Source of the DNA: Oculina patagonica
Lineage: Eukaryota
DNA length: 64,000 nucleotides
Assembly (NCBI RefSeq): GCF_052425735.1
Contig: NC_135765.1
Location: forward strand, 19,902,001 to 19,966,000
Direction: 5' to 3'
Shown: in pieces, positions 1 through 11,200 of the stretch
How positions within the stretch are numbered: position 1 is the stretch's first letter
Layout of the letters: every line of letters begins with the position of its first letter
The notes under the pieces: model-generated
What the model was told of the DNA's origin: nothing
Databases searched by the model: none
The model's input: only the letters and a program-made list of their open reading frames with translations
Translations under genes and position numbers: made by a program

Positions 1-1501
1 GAATAAAATCTCCATGACTGTTACATTTATCTATCAAACTTCAGAATAAGGGGTTCTCTATCCCTGCAAATTATTTCTTGTGATTTTGCCTCGCAATGAA
101 TACAGGATACTACTACCGTATATTCATTAGTCTAGTCCCCCACGCAGTTAATTCACTCCTCCCCGCCAATGGCGTTTGTGGGGATGAGTGAAACACAATC
201 GTCCCTAAAAGCGACTGCATGTATTTTTTTATATACCAGAAAACAGTTGTTACAGGAACCAGTGTCTCCAGAGGAAGAGTGCAGCCTGGATCCACCCAAC
301 ATACCTTGGTTGCAAAGAATGTATTAGAAACTTTAACTGGAATGACTGGAGTTTTATTTGACGCAGAAGTATCTGTAGTATTTATAAGGTTATTTCTACA
401 GCTTGCCTGTTTTCTGGCATGTCAGTAATAACCTTGTATTACCTTTAGTTTTTTCGTACCTTCGATAACCTTACATATACAGTAATAGTATCATTACGTG
501 TTCTATAAAGAAATTAAATACCTACCGTATTTCCTTTTTTAAGGGCCCACTCTCCAATAAGCCCCCCTTCTCTAACGAGCGCTTCTTCAAATTAATAATG
601 AAATATGAAAAAAATACACCCACCTCCTAAAGTAAAAAATTTAAAATAAAAGTATGAGGTGAGAGAAAGACGTATTTTACTGGTTTTATGCTTATAACGA
701 AATTTTACAAAATTATAGTCGGTTTAATCGTGGACGTCGACAAAAAAATGTTTAATTTTATTTAAAAAAGGCCCTGGGCATGTAGCTGAGGAAGCACAGT
801 ATCATTGTAATATTTGCCTGGAGATAACAATTGTTGAAAGTGACAACTTTGAACATTTTAAAAATCTAGTTTATTAAAGCATCAAAGCATTAGAATTTTA
901 AATACCTGTACATGTGTATATAACACCGGGAAATGAGCTGTTTCCTTATTTGATATCTTGGCAAAAGGGCGTGCAAGTTTGTTTATTGCTCAATTTTCAA
1001 AAGAAAGCAAGGCCAATGCCGTTTGTGTTTCATGTTAGTCTCGTAGTCAGAGTTAGAATTTTTTCCACATACAATGTTTCAAACAGTATTTATGATCTTT
1101 AAAGTAAATCATATATCATTGTTACTGTTAAAGACAAAATAATAATAACAAGGTAATAATTATTTGTACAATATGTGTAATAAATGCCTTTTTACGGTAA
1201 GGAAGAAATATGTAGTAATCAGAATATAGAAACAAATCAAGTGAGGCAATTCTAGAATGAATTTATTTTTTTAACAATGAAGTTTGGCTTTCTAGAAAGT
1301 AACGTTATTTAGTGGCCTAAGGGGCCTGTCCAAATAAATCAAATAGAATATGTTCTTACCTTTGTCATTGTGTTTTTTGGAGTAGGTCTATTGTCATACC
1401 ACACCGTAACTATCACCAGCCGATTTATTGGGTCATTATTATTTAACCAAAAAAAAAAATCATAAAAAAAAAAAAAACACCCCCCCTTTTTTTTTCCCCT
1501 T

Positions 1502-1534
<33 letters not shown>

Positions 1535-1547
1535 CCCCCCCGGCCAA

Positions 1548-1700
1548 NNNNNNNNNNNNNNNNNNNNNNNNNNNNNNNNNNNNNNNNNNNNNNNNNNNNN
1601 NNNNNNNNNNNNNNNNNNNNNNNNNNNNNNNNNNNNNNNNNNNNNNNNNNNNNNNNNNNNNNNNNNNNNNNNNNNNNNNNNNNNNNNNNNNNNNNNNNNN
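1548..1700. other. Assembly gap (N run) preceded by low-quality homopolymer sequence
   Basis: Ns; homopolymer runs at 1445-1545. Confidence 0.99.
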
Positions 1701-2016
1701 TAGAACTCAAACGAAAGGTGTAAAGTTTGTTAGACTCTTTTTCTTTCAGTATTGACTAGCTTGCCACCTTCAGAAGTTTGAAGTTATATTTGGTTGCCGT
1801 CAGTGTCCGGACCAAGGACTTAGTTAGGAAAATTACTTAGAAATTTTAATTCGTTACTTTGATGGAAATTCAAGCGGTCAATCAAATTTTTTGCACTAGT
1901 TGAAAGAATATTTCCTATACACCAATTCTACCAAAAATTACCTCTTTTAGCGTGCTCACCTCGGATTAGACAGGAATGTAAACCAGTTTAATAATTTGAG
2001 GCGCCATGAACAAATA

Positions 2017-2208
2017 CAGTCAACTCTCTCTAAAACGGACACCTTCGGGACCGCCTACAGCTGTCCTTCTTAGAGAGGTGTCCGTCTTAAAGGGAGTTTA
2101 GTTACAGTAAAATGACTGAAAAACGGCAGGGACGGGACCAACACCAGGTGTCCCTCTAAGAGAGTTGTCCGTCTTATAGAGGTGTCCGTTAAGAGAGAGA
2201 GTTGACTG
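2017..2208. mobile_element. Tc1/mariner-type MITE
   Basis: TIR CAGTCAACTCTCTCT / AGAGAGAGTTGACTG, TA on both flanks, internal GTGTCC repeats. Confidence 0.85.
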
Positions 2209-3088
2209 TAAACATCGCCAAAACAAACTTCACCTATCTTCACGTCGACTTCAAATTCTCGACTTCACTGCCAGTAGGAAAGCCTTCGAGCGAGGTTAAG
2301 ACAGCAAACAGATCAAGGAATCTTTGGAAAGTTTAGGTTTTATTAAAAAAAATTGTTTCCTTTCGGAAAAATGCACGATAAACTCCCTCCCTGGTGGAAA
2401 TTTGTCCTCCCTGGTCCCTGGTGATTATCTGAAAAATCCCTGGTCAGTTTTATTTCTCCCCGGTGAAGAATTTTGTTTACCTGGTCAGGAAAAAATCAAC
2501 CAAAACCTTTATAAACAGAAGAAAACGACGCGCGGCAAAAAGATAATTTATTGACTATAACTTGATGTAAATATAGCAAAAAGTAATTGTTAACTTTTTT
2601 TCTATTGTTTTTGTCGCTTGTTCTGCTGTCATGCAGGTCACTAAAGAGACAAAAGCAGATCTGTTTCCTTTTCTGTATGTAATACGAGCTTGTGAATGAT
2701 TCAGAGCGATTTGAACAGGCGCGCGGCTCAAAATTGTGCACGATTACCCCGCTAAGTGTATTGCATACAAAAAGTAAGTAATCAACCTGGTGGATTTTTG
2801 ACTTCCCTGGTCGATTTTGTGTTGAAAACCTGGTGGAAAATCAGGTGTCACCAGGTCTGTTACAGAGGGGTGTCTTGAAGAACGTTACGATCGCCCCTAA
2901 AAACGACTGCGTCGGAGGATACTCCTCGATTCCTGTTGCGTAAGGTCTCTATTGCTCGACACACGAGTGAAAATAACCTACAACAGCCGTAACATGGAGT
3001 ATGATAATAAATTGCTGTAAACAGGACTAGATATAAAACACACTATGCGATATACAAACGAATAAGCAAGCGGAAAAGAAAACACATA

Positions 3089-3564
3089 CCGTATTCATTC
3101 GATTAAGCGCCCAACCTTGCATGTGCGCCCACCTCGAATAAGCGCCCACCCTGTAGGCGAAAAGTTAATAAGCGCCCAACCTCGAAAAGTCGAATTAGCG
3201 CCCACCCTGTAGCCCGGCCCTGTAGGTAAGAAAAGTTTATAAGAGCCTAGTCTGCGAACAGGCTTTCGGGAGCGATCGAACGTACGGCGCGAAGCACCGG
3301 CGACGAGGCGCGAAGCGCCGTTCCCTTTTCATTTTTGCTCCGCCCGTTGAGCACTACGGAAAGCCTGTTCGCAGGCTAATAAGAGCCCGGCGGGCCAGCC
3401 TCGAATAAGCGCCCACCCTCCACCTCCCTCAGAAAAATACCCTGAAGTGCACAAGAGGAGTGTTGATTATTATTGAAATTGCGATTGAAATTGACTATGA
3501 GCGCCCACTCTCAAGGTCCAAAAAATTTAATAAGCGCCCAGGGCGCTTAATCGAATAAATACGG
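3089..3564. mobile_element. CCGTA-terminated Tc1/mariner(pogo)-like MITE; second family member at 37168-37601
   Basis: TIR CCGTATT(C/T)ATTCGATTAAGCGCCC, TA TSD, internal AATAAGCGCCC repeats. Confidence 0.85.
3248..3378. mobile_element. 131-bp MITE nested in the previous element, with a 9-bp TSD (AcademH-like ends)
   Basis: TIR TAG(T/C)CTGCGAACAGGCTT; ATAAGAGCC duplicated at 3239-3247 and 3379-3387. Confidence 0.8.
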
Positions 3565-4650
3565 TATAAATGTTTTAAAATACCGAGTAAACTATTGTTG
3601 TATACGTTGTCCCGCTTCTCCGGCATGCTGTGGAACTGGCGAATCGAAGCGGCAGAGACTAAAATTGCTAATATTTCGTGTTCATTTATTGTTTGTTCCA
3701 AATTTTAAAGCTTTATAAAATTTGAACATTTTTTATCTCGACTACACTAAAAATCAGAGAAATCGGTTAAGGTTTTCATGCCCAAAAGTCGATTTAAAAA
3801 ATAGCACCTCTGCTCCTTGAAATACCCGCGGGCCACCTTTAAGTTTGAATTGTGTATCGTGGGTATTTGGCACAGACATACGTGTGTAAGTATTTAGTTA
3901 TGACATATCAGTCTGGAATAATTAACTTACATGTCAAGAAAAATCCAGTACTGAGTTGCCGTGTTATGGACTTTTGTTTAAGAGCGTACTGGTGTTAGTG
4001 TTTTAAATGAGCTTAGGTTTAAAATTTTAACGAGTTAGGTTACGTAAGGTTTGTTACATAACACATCCCAGTGCGGAATTTTAAATAGACAAGTACCACG
4101 CATGTTTGTTTTATGGAATTGAATATCTCTGTAGGTTTAGTGTGTATTATAAAACATATTAAAAGCTCGCCGGTCGGCCGTTTTTATCCACGGAGTTTAG
4201 TATTTGATCCACGTTTAGACACATCAACGTGGGATATCACATCAACGTGGCAGCCACCAGAATGCATCGCAAACTTGAACACATTGGTGTATGTGCGCGC
4301 GTTAATAATGCATAAAATTCTGCGAAGTGCACTAGTTAGGAATTATCTTAAAACCAATCACAATCAATCTTTCAACGAGTTTCTCGGGAAACGAGTGTGA
4401 AATGTTTCGGTCCGGCCAAATCCTAGCGCGCGCGATGTAATACGAAAGAACCATTCTACCACCACTTCACTGTCGGCTATCTTTGCATGGCTTGCGAAAA
4501 GTCGAGCCAGAAAATCACCTTAGGAAACAAGGCAAGCATATTAAGCTAAAATAATTGCCAAATCGTAAAATATAAATTAAACAGACACTAGAACATTGTA
4601 CTCTCCCTTACAATCGATCTTGATCGTCATAATGAGAAATTTATTAACAG

Positions 4651-4666
4651 TTAATGACGTCATTAA
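4651..4666. promoter_or_regulatory. Perfect 16-bp palindrome containing a CRE (TGACGTCA) upstream of the SLC4 ATG; TATAAA at 4571
   Basis: TTAATGACGTCATTAA read directly; function is not shown. Confidence 0.3.
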
Positions 4667-4745
4667 TGCCTGTGGTGAATCCGTCTTGTGTTAAAAAGGA
4701 TGACAGGGCAAAGGTATCTATTAAGGACACGTACAGTGCCTTAAC

Positions 4746-5296
4746 ATGGACTCCCTCCACAGTCCAACAGATAGTCATTCTATTCATTCCTTACACGAGG
4801 GATTTGTGGAACTAGAGGAACTCGTCAGTTGTGATAACGAACTAGTTTGGAAAGAACGAGCGCGATGGATTAAACTTGAAGAAGATGTTGAAGAAAGCGC
4901 AGATCGATGGGGAAAACCACACATTCCTTGTCTGACATATCGAAGCCTAAGAGAAGTTGAAACAAATCTTCAAAATGGAGTATTCTTGTTGGATCTTCAG
5001 AGAGATAATTTGCCTTCCATTTGCGAGGCAATAATCGACGAAATCAAATTGCTGAAAAAGCTAGGAGACGAAGAATGCAATGCAGTTAAAACAGTTTTGT
5101 TAACAAGACATGAGCATCAACATCAAAATAAAGTTGGAAAGCATCGAGCAAAAAATATTGCCAGGCGTCTTTCAAGGATCATGCCTCAAGGTCAACGCCC
5201 CAGACAGCCGACAGCCACCCATGATGCTCTGTTACAAATTTTTTCTGAAGATGCACCCATCCCAAGAACCAAACACGAAGATGCAAGTGACCCCAT
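4746..5296 (+). CDS. SLC4: SLC4 exon 1 (N-terminal cytoplasmic domain)
   Basis: First in-frame ATG at 4746, with an in-frame TAA at 4722. Best donor is AT|gtatgt at 5297; the exact 3' boundary is uncertain because of the phase conflict. Confidence 0.85.
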
Positions 5297-8200
5297 GTAT
5301 GTGAAACTTAATTTTAGTCCCTTGGATGATTTCATATAGTTTTATTAAATTCCATCAATGTGCGTTTCTCGGGCAATTGCAATGCTTGTTATCACAGTGA
5401 AACTAACATTTTTTCGCGAATCATCGCTGATTTTTTTAATCAAAAAAAGTAATAATAATAATAATAAGAAGAATAAGAATGAGAATTATATTAGTTATCA
5501 ACTTTATTTATAGAGGGTGGTACGTGACAGTAAAATTGACTGAAAAACTAGTGGCCCTCGATGCAAAAATTACAATGATCAAAGTTAAAAATATCCTAAA
5601 ACTAGGAGTTGCTAATAGCAAGTAAAGTGCTGCGAAGTAAGTTATAAGAATAATAATTATTTAACAGTAGGAACGGAACGGAAGGTCATAGGAATGTTTT
5701 GGATTTTCACATCTTCAGATGTGAAAGATATGATTTTTCTCAGCAAGCGAAATACTGGTAATTAACTTTGTTTACTGATAGAACTAGTAATAACTGAATA
5801 TTTGGGGAGTGCGTTCGGCAGGGAGGGGTGATGAAGGAGGGTGGAGGGTAAGGGAGTGCAAGGAGTGGCAAGTACAATATTATGTTTTCAAATTCTCTTT
5901 ATATTTGAGGTCTGTTTGCGATGTGCAAACTAAAATCAAAAGTCCATGCAAAAAAAGTGAACAACATTGCTCCGTACTGTTGAAACCTTACAAAGGTTAC
6001 ACTCAATTATAATTATGAAATCGTTCGTTGTCCCATTTATACTTTCGGCGTTAATTACTTTTGATTACTGTATATGTTGTTATGACACCATTAATTGAAA
6101 TTGTTTACAGCCTAGCAGTATCGGTTTAATAGGCTTCTTTCGATATATTAAAATTCAGCATGGTAGCGAGGCCTAGACAAAAGAAATGAATAAACATGCT
6201 TGTAAAATTTCTTTTGTTTGTGTCCTTTAGGCCTCGCTACCAAGCTGAATTTAATATATCGAAAGAGGTCTATTAATTACTTTCTTAAATCTTTTCACGT
6301 GAGAACGAGGCCATCTGTGCCAAAATATCAGTGCTTTGAACTACAAAGTTCTCTCAAATGACTTTTTCAAAACACAACTTGAACAATACCAATGCTTCAA
6401 ACAACAAAGTTCTCTGAAATGAATTAAATTACGCTACAGTAACAAAGTCACGAGCGCGCGAACAAACACATTCGAACACGAACACGCACATTTAAACAAA
6501 GTATAAACGGAAAATCGGATTGCAAATTGAAAATTAAACGGTATGATTTAATGTACGCAACAGAAACGGGCGCGCACGCGCCGCTGAAATTTAAGTTATC
6601 AACTACCGCCGCTGATCACGCAACAGCGTGTTGTTAAAATCATCTCCAACGAAATAGTTGAATCGAGTGTGACTCGCATATAAAGCGCCCAGGCCCCACA
6701 CGGACAGTCATAAATAGTGTGCTGGCTACGCTAAGGCTTCGCAGCAATAACTGAATCAATTCTAGCGATGTTAGGTGGCTCTGAAACCGCTCCCGGGAAA
6801 TTAAGTGTTTAAAATTTTAATAAATACAGCTCATTTCGTTTTTAGAATTTAAGCTTGCCGCTTCGGAAAAATCAACGGTGACTAATAGAGACAATAGAGT
6901 GTTTATGTCTCGGACCTACAGATGTCCTTGGAAATTAAATGTTCTTAAAAGCTAGTCTCAATTTGTCTCATCAATTTGTCTCATCTTTGTCTCAATTTCA
7001 GGCCGCTGGTTAGTATCAAAGGCAAACCAGCATTGTTGCCACCTCTTGAAAGAGATGCTGACTCAAGTCAATCAGCAGCAGGATTTCAATGTGACTGTTA
7101 ACAACTATCATTCTGCAGACGACAACGTAGAACAATTAAAAGATCACAACGAGAGGTCTGATATACGAGGAAAAATTCCTGAAAATGCTCAAGCCACCAC
7201 TGTTTTAGTTGGAGCTCATAATGACTTGTCCTGTATAATCAGTGCATTTATAAGGCTTGCTAGTGGCTGTGATCTGGGTAACTTTGCTGAAGTGAGAATA
7301 CCAGTGCGATTCATGTTTGTACTGCTAGGGCCTGGAGATGACACAATGGACTATCACGAAGTTGGACGCTCAATTTCAACCTTGATGTCTGATAAAATTT
7401 TTCTGGAGTCTGCTTATCAAGCAAAGGTAAATGAACTGAAACATTCCGGTTTTTCATCTTGCCTATGCAATTCAAGGGCATAATTTCAGAAAGGTGGTGA
7501 AAGAAATGGCTACCTGATGGGGTGCTTGTCCAAATATATATATATATATTTTTTAAATATCTAATGGTATGGAAATCTGGAATCTTTTGGGGAAAATCTG
7601 GACTTAGGCGTCACACGATTTCATTTTTGTCATATGCATGTTGTCTTGATCTGATCTCTTTTGATCCTTTCACTGTTTAATGTTTTCACCCAACGGATAC
7701 CAACTCCAGTAGAACACATCGAACAATTACTATTTTCGGGGATTTTCAGGTTGCACATAACATGCTATCGAGTTTACATTAACTATCCGCACTACCCACT
7801 CCACCTTGGCAATAATTCTAATAACAGCGTGATCAGGTCTCACAGCTATTTCAAAATTTCAGTGTATTAGTTTTTAAACAAACAATTGTGTTGCAGCAAT
7901 CAAGACGTTATAACGCTGACGTTTTCAAATGTTGTGTAGATGTCCCAGTAACTGCCAAACGAAGAAAGTTAAAACGGCTAAGATCGACCAAACTGTATGA
8001 TAGTTCAATGTGTACCCAAAGAGAACACTGAACACTTATGAGCTCGATGAGGCGATAGTTTACCGACCTCTAGCCAGCGGACACTAATTTATTAATCTGC
8101 CCACGGAGAGAGCTCAATGAGTAAAATTGACGAAATCATAAGCAAAAACTTCAAAAAATAAACACTTTCACTGAATAAAAACACTATCAAATTACGGTAA

Positions 8201-11200
8201 AACAATTTAACGGCTCGCTCGCGGTTTCTATCAGCTTTTGATATTTGCTCTTCAACTATCAGCTGATAAAAACCTCAAGCTTGTCGTCTAATTGTTGATC
8301 AGACCACCACTGCTAGCCAATCAGATTGCCAGTTTATCTAATAGTGGTCACTGCAATACTTTAATTATGGGTTAGAGACTGTTGTGAGTGTTTTGTTGAT
8401 AAATACACGCACGCGCTGGCCGCACAATGAACGAGAAATTTTCAATACTGCACGAGGCGTAGCCGAGTGCAGTATTGAAAATTTTGAGTTCATTGTGAGG
8501 CCAGCAAGTGCGTGTATTTGTTAACAAAACACGAACGAACAGACTCTAACCCTTTTAATATACAATCTGAGTACACTGCATCGAACTGCAAGCGATCATC
8601 GACTTAACGAACTTCAAACAACAAACTTAATGTTTAAAAATAAGAAGTGTAGTAGTACATAATTACACGGGATTACATAAATAATATAAAAATCACAAAT
8701 TAGCCGTACAGAAATAAAACTTAAAATGGTTCATAAAATCGTTCATCAGCTGTGGTCGTTCATAAATACAGTCAGCGAGAAACTTGTTCAATGCAAGTCG
8801 ATGGCTTTCACAATCAAGCAACTACAAGCAAGTCAATCGCACACAAAAATGTATTTATTGAGCTGCAGTTTACCTTTGAACATGAAAGCGCTTCAAGTTG
8901 TTATCCTCTTCGATTTTGTTTGGTATTGGATCGTTGATAATTTGAGGAAAATACTTTTCTTCCACTTCTACAAGCTTTGAAGCTGAAGACACCTTCAATA
9001 ATGCACGATTTTCGTGCATTATTGTCAATACTGCACTGTCTGAGTTTGCTGACGACAGGTAAAGCAAAATCACGTGATCTATTTTAACCAATGGCGCGCG
9101 TGGATTTTGGACAGTGAACGAAGATTGTACATTATTATTCAACAAATGCGCGCGCTGCCCAAATATGGTCAAAATGTGATTGTTATCTGTCATCCGTACA
9201 TGACAGATATCCTGCGATATACGTAGGTTGTCAAGATTCGCCCGAAATCTTAGAAATGCTGCACAACCACAGTTTTTCCTAGCTACAAAATGTATTTTGT
9301 TGACAATTTGTTGAATAATAAAACAATTATCCTGCTCAATCTTGCGGAATATCGTCTGATTTTAGCCAACTCGGCCTACGGCCTCGTCGGCTAAGTATCA
9401 GGCGATATTCCGCGCGATTTCGCAGAATAATTGTTAATTAGAGTGTTCTGTCGAGGAACTATCGGCTAATTAATATACAATCTTCGTTCACTGTCCAAAA
9501 TCCACGCGCGCAATTGGTTAAAATAGATCACGTGATTTTGCTTTACCTGTCGTCAGCAAACTCAGACAGTGCAGTATTGACAATAATGCCGATATTTTCC
9601 GAGACAAAAACACTCTATCGTTTTTATTGTTCACCATTACGTTTTCTCCCGCGCGCCTATCCTATAAAGAGCATCTTAAATTATTTTTTTTTTCTTTTTA
9701 CTCTTTGAGGATAAAAGGCTTAATTCTGTTAACTGAAAGCCAAACTAATAGTCCAGTCATTTTACTAAAAATAATGGGTCAACCTGCAACTAATTGCAAC
9801 AGAAGAAATTCCAACGGTTTTTGACTGAGAAACTTATCGTTAATATCATATCAAAAGTCCCAGAAAATCCCGGCAGGGCAAGTCATTGAAAAATGGGTGT
9901 TTTTAGAAGCTCCGAGACACGCTTTTAGAGATGCACGGAAACGAGGCTGAATAAAGCTTTTCCAAAAAAAGCGCGTGTTTATATCTTAAAAGTCAAAAAT
10001 ACAACAAAATTTGAAATGATATCTCAATTGGAAGGTTTTCTTATTTTAGAAATCAAGTTAATTTGTGATATTTCATCAATACACAGCTTTAATTTTATGT
10101 CTATTTTAGTTGCTTGCCGCGTAAAAAAGTCGCAACCCTAGCCTGTGTATGGAACTGAATAACATTAAGTAAAGTTGGCTTTTTATCTGGAGCGATTTTT
10201 TATTTTTTTATTTTTTAATGAAACTAGTTGAAATGTTTAAACCTTTCTTCAAAAATAGTGATACAATTTAAGGAAGCTTAATTTTCGTGTAGAAAGAGAA
10301 ATAAAAGCGTGAGTTTTTAACTCGGAGGCGTGTATGAGACTCACACCCAAGGCGGGTGAGTTCGCAGGTATAGTGTGCTGTGTTTGACGCCTGCAGAAAT
10401 TTTAATCTCCATCGAACAAAATGGTTTAAGAACTTCAATGTTCTGTGCTCCGACCAGGTAAGTGTATTCTGAGTTCTCTTCAAGAGTAGTTTTTTCTTTC
10501 AAAATGGAGAAGTTTCCGTGTGACACTGAACCCTCGAGACAAGAGAGACTGTGCTAGACACATGTTCTGAAAGGGGGATTCTTGGGCTGAAGTGGAACAG
10601 GCGAGAATTTTAAATGTCTATGATTTGCCGGCCGCCGGTGCTGTTTACCATCAGCCATGCAGCGTCAACTTCTGGACCGAAAAACAAATGCCAAAAGTAT
10701 TCAGTGCGTCAGATCAGCTGGATAGTAAGAAAAGAAAAAAAGGAAGCTTTTATCAACGTGGCGAACTTTCATAATTACTGTCATGGATCTAATGGAGGAA
10801 TTTCTTGGTGACTCAGCTACTGCCGCATATAGCCACACCCATATGAAGGCAAGACTTCAGGAACACTTTGGCGATCAGATTATTATAACCGAGATCAACG
10901 AAAGCCAAATGTTGTAACATTTAGAAGTACTGCATCAGCTATTCTGCACGAATTTCACTCACAGCAAAACGAAGTTGATTTGGTTTCGGAAAAATAAAGT
11001 ATTATCAGAACTCGGCTGCCTCAAGGTTGATTAAGAATGAGATCAAACTGCTTAAAACATCTAACGAAGTCTTCCTTTCGATCGAAACAGAAGCTGAGGA
11101 AAACGTTGACTTCCTTCCAGCCACGTTAAAGACGTTTTTGGAGGGTATTCTGGTTGGTAAAGATAACGTGAAGTTAGCATCAATTGGACAGGCTATTGTT

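Noticed and set aside
1339-1710. Poly-K/poly-F/X ORFs
   Set aside because: Artefacts of homopolymer-rich low-quality sequence and the N gap.
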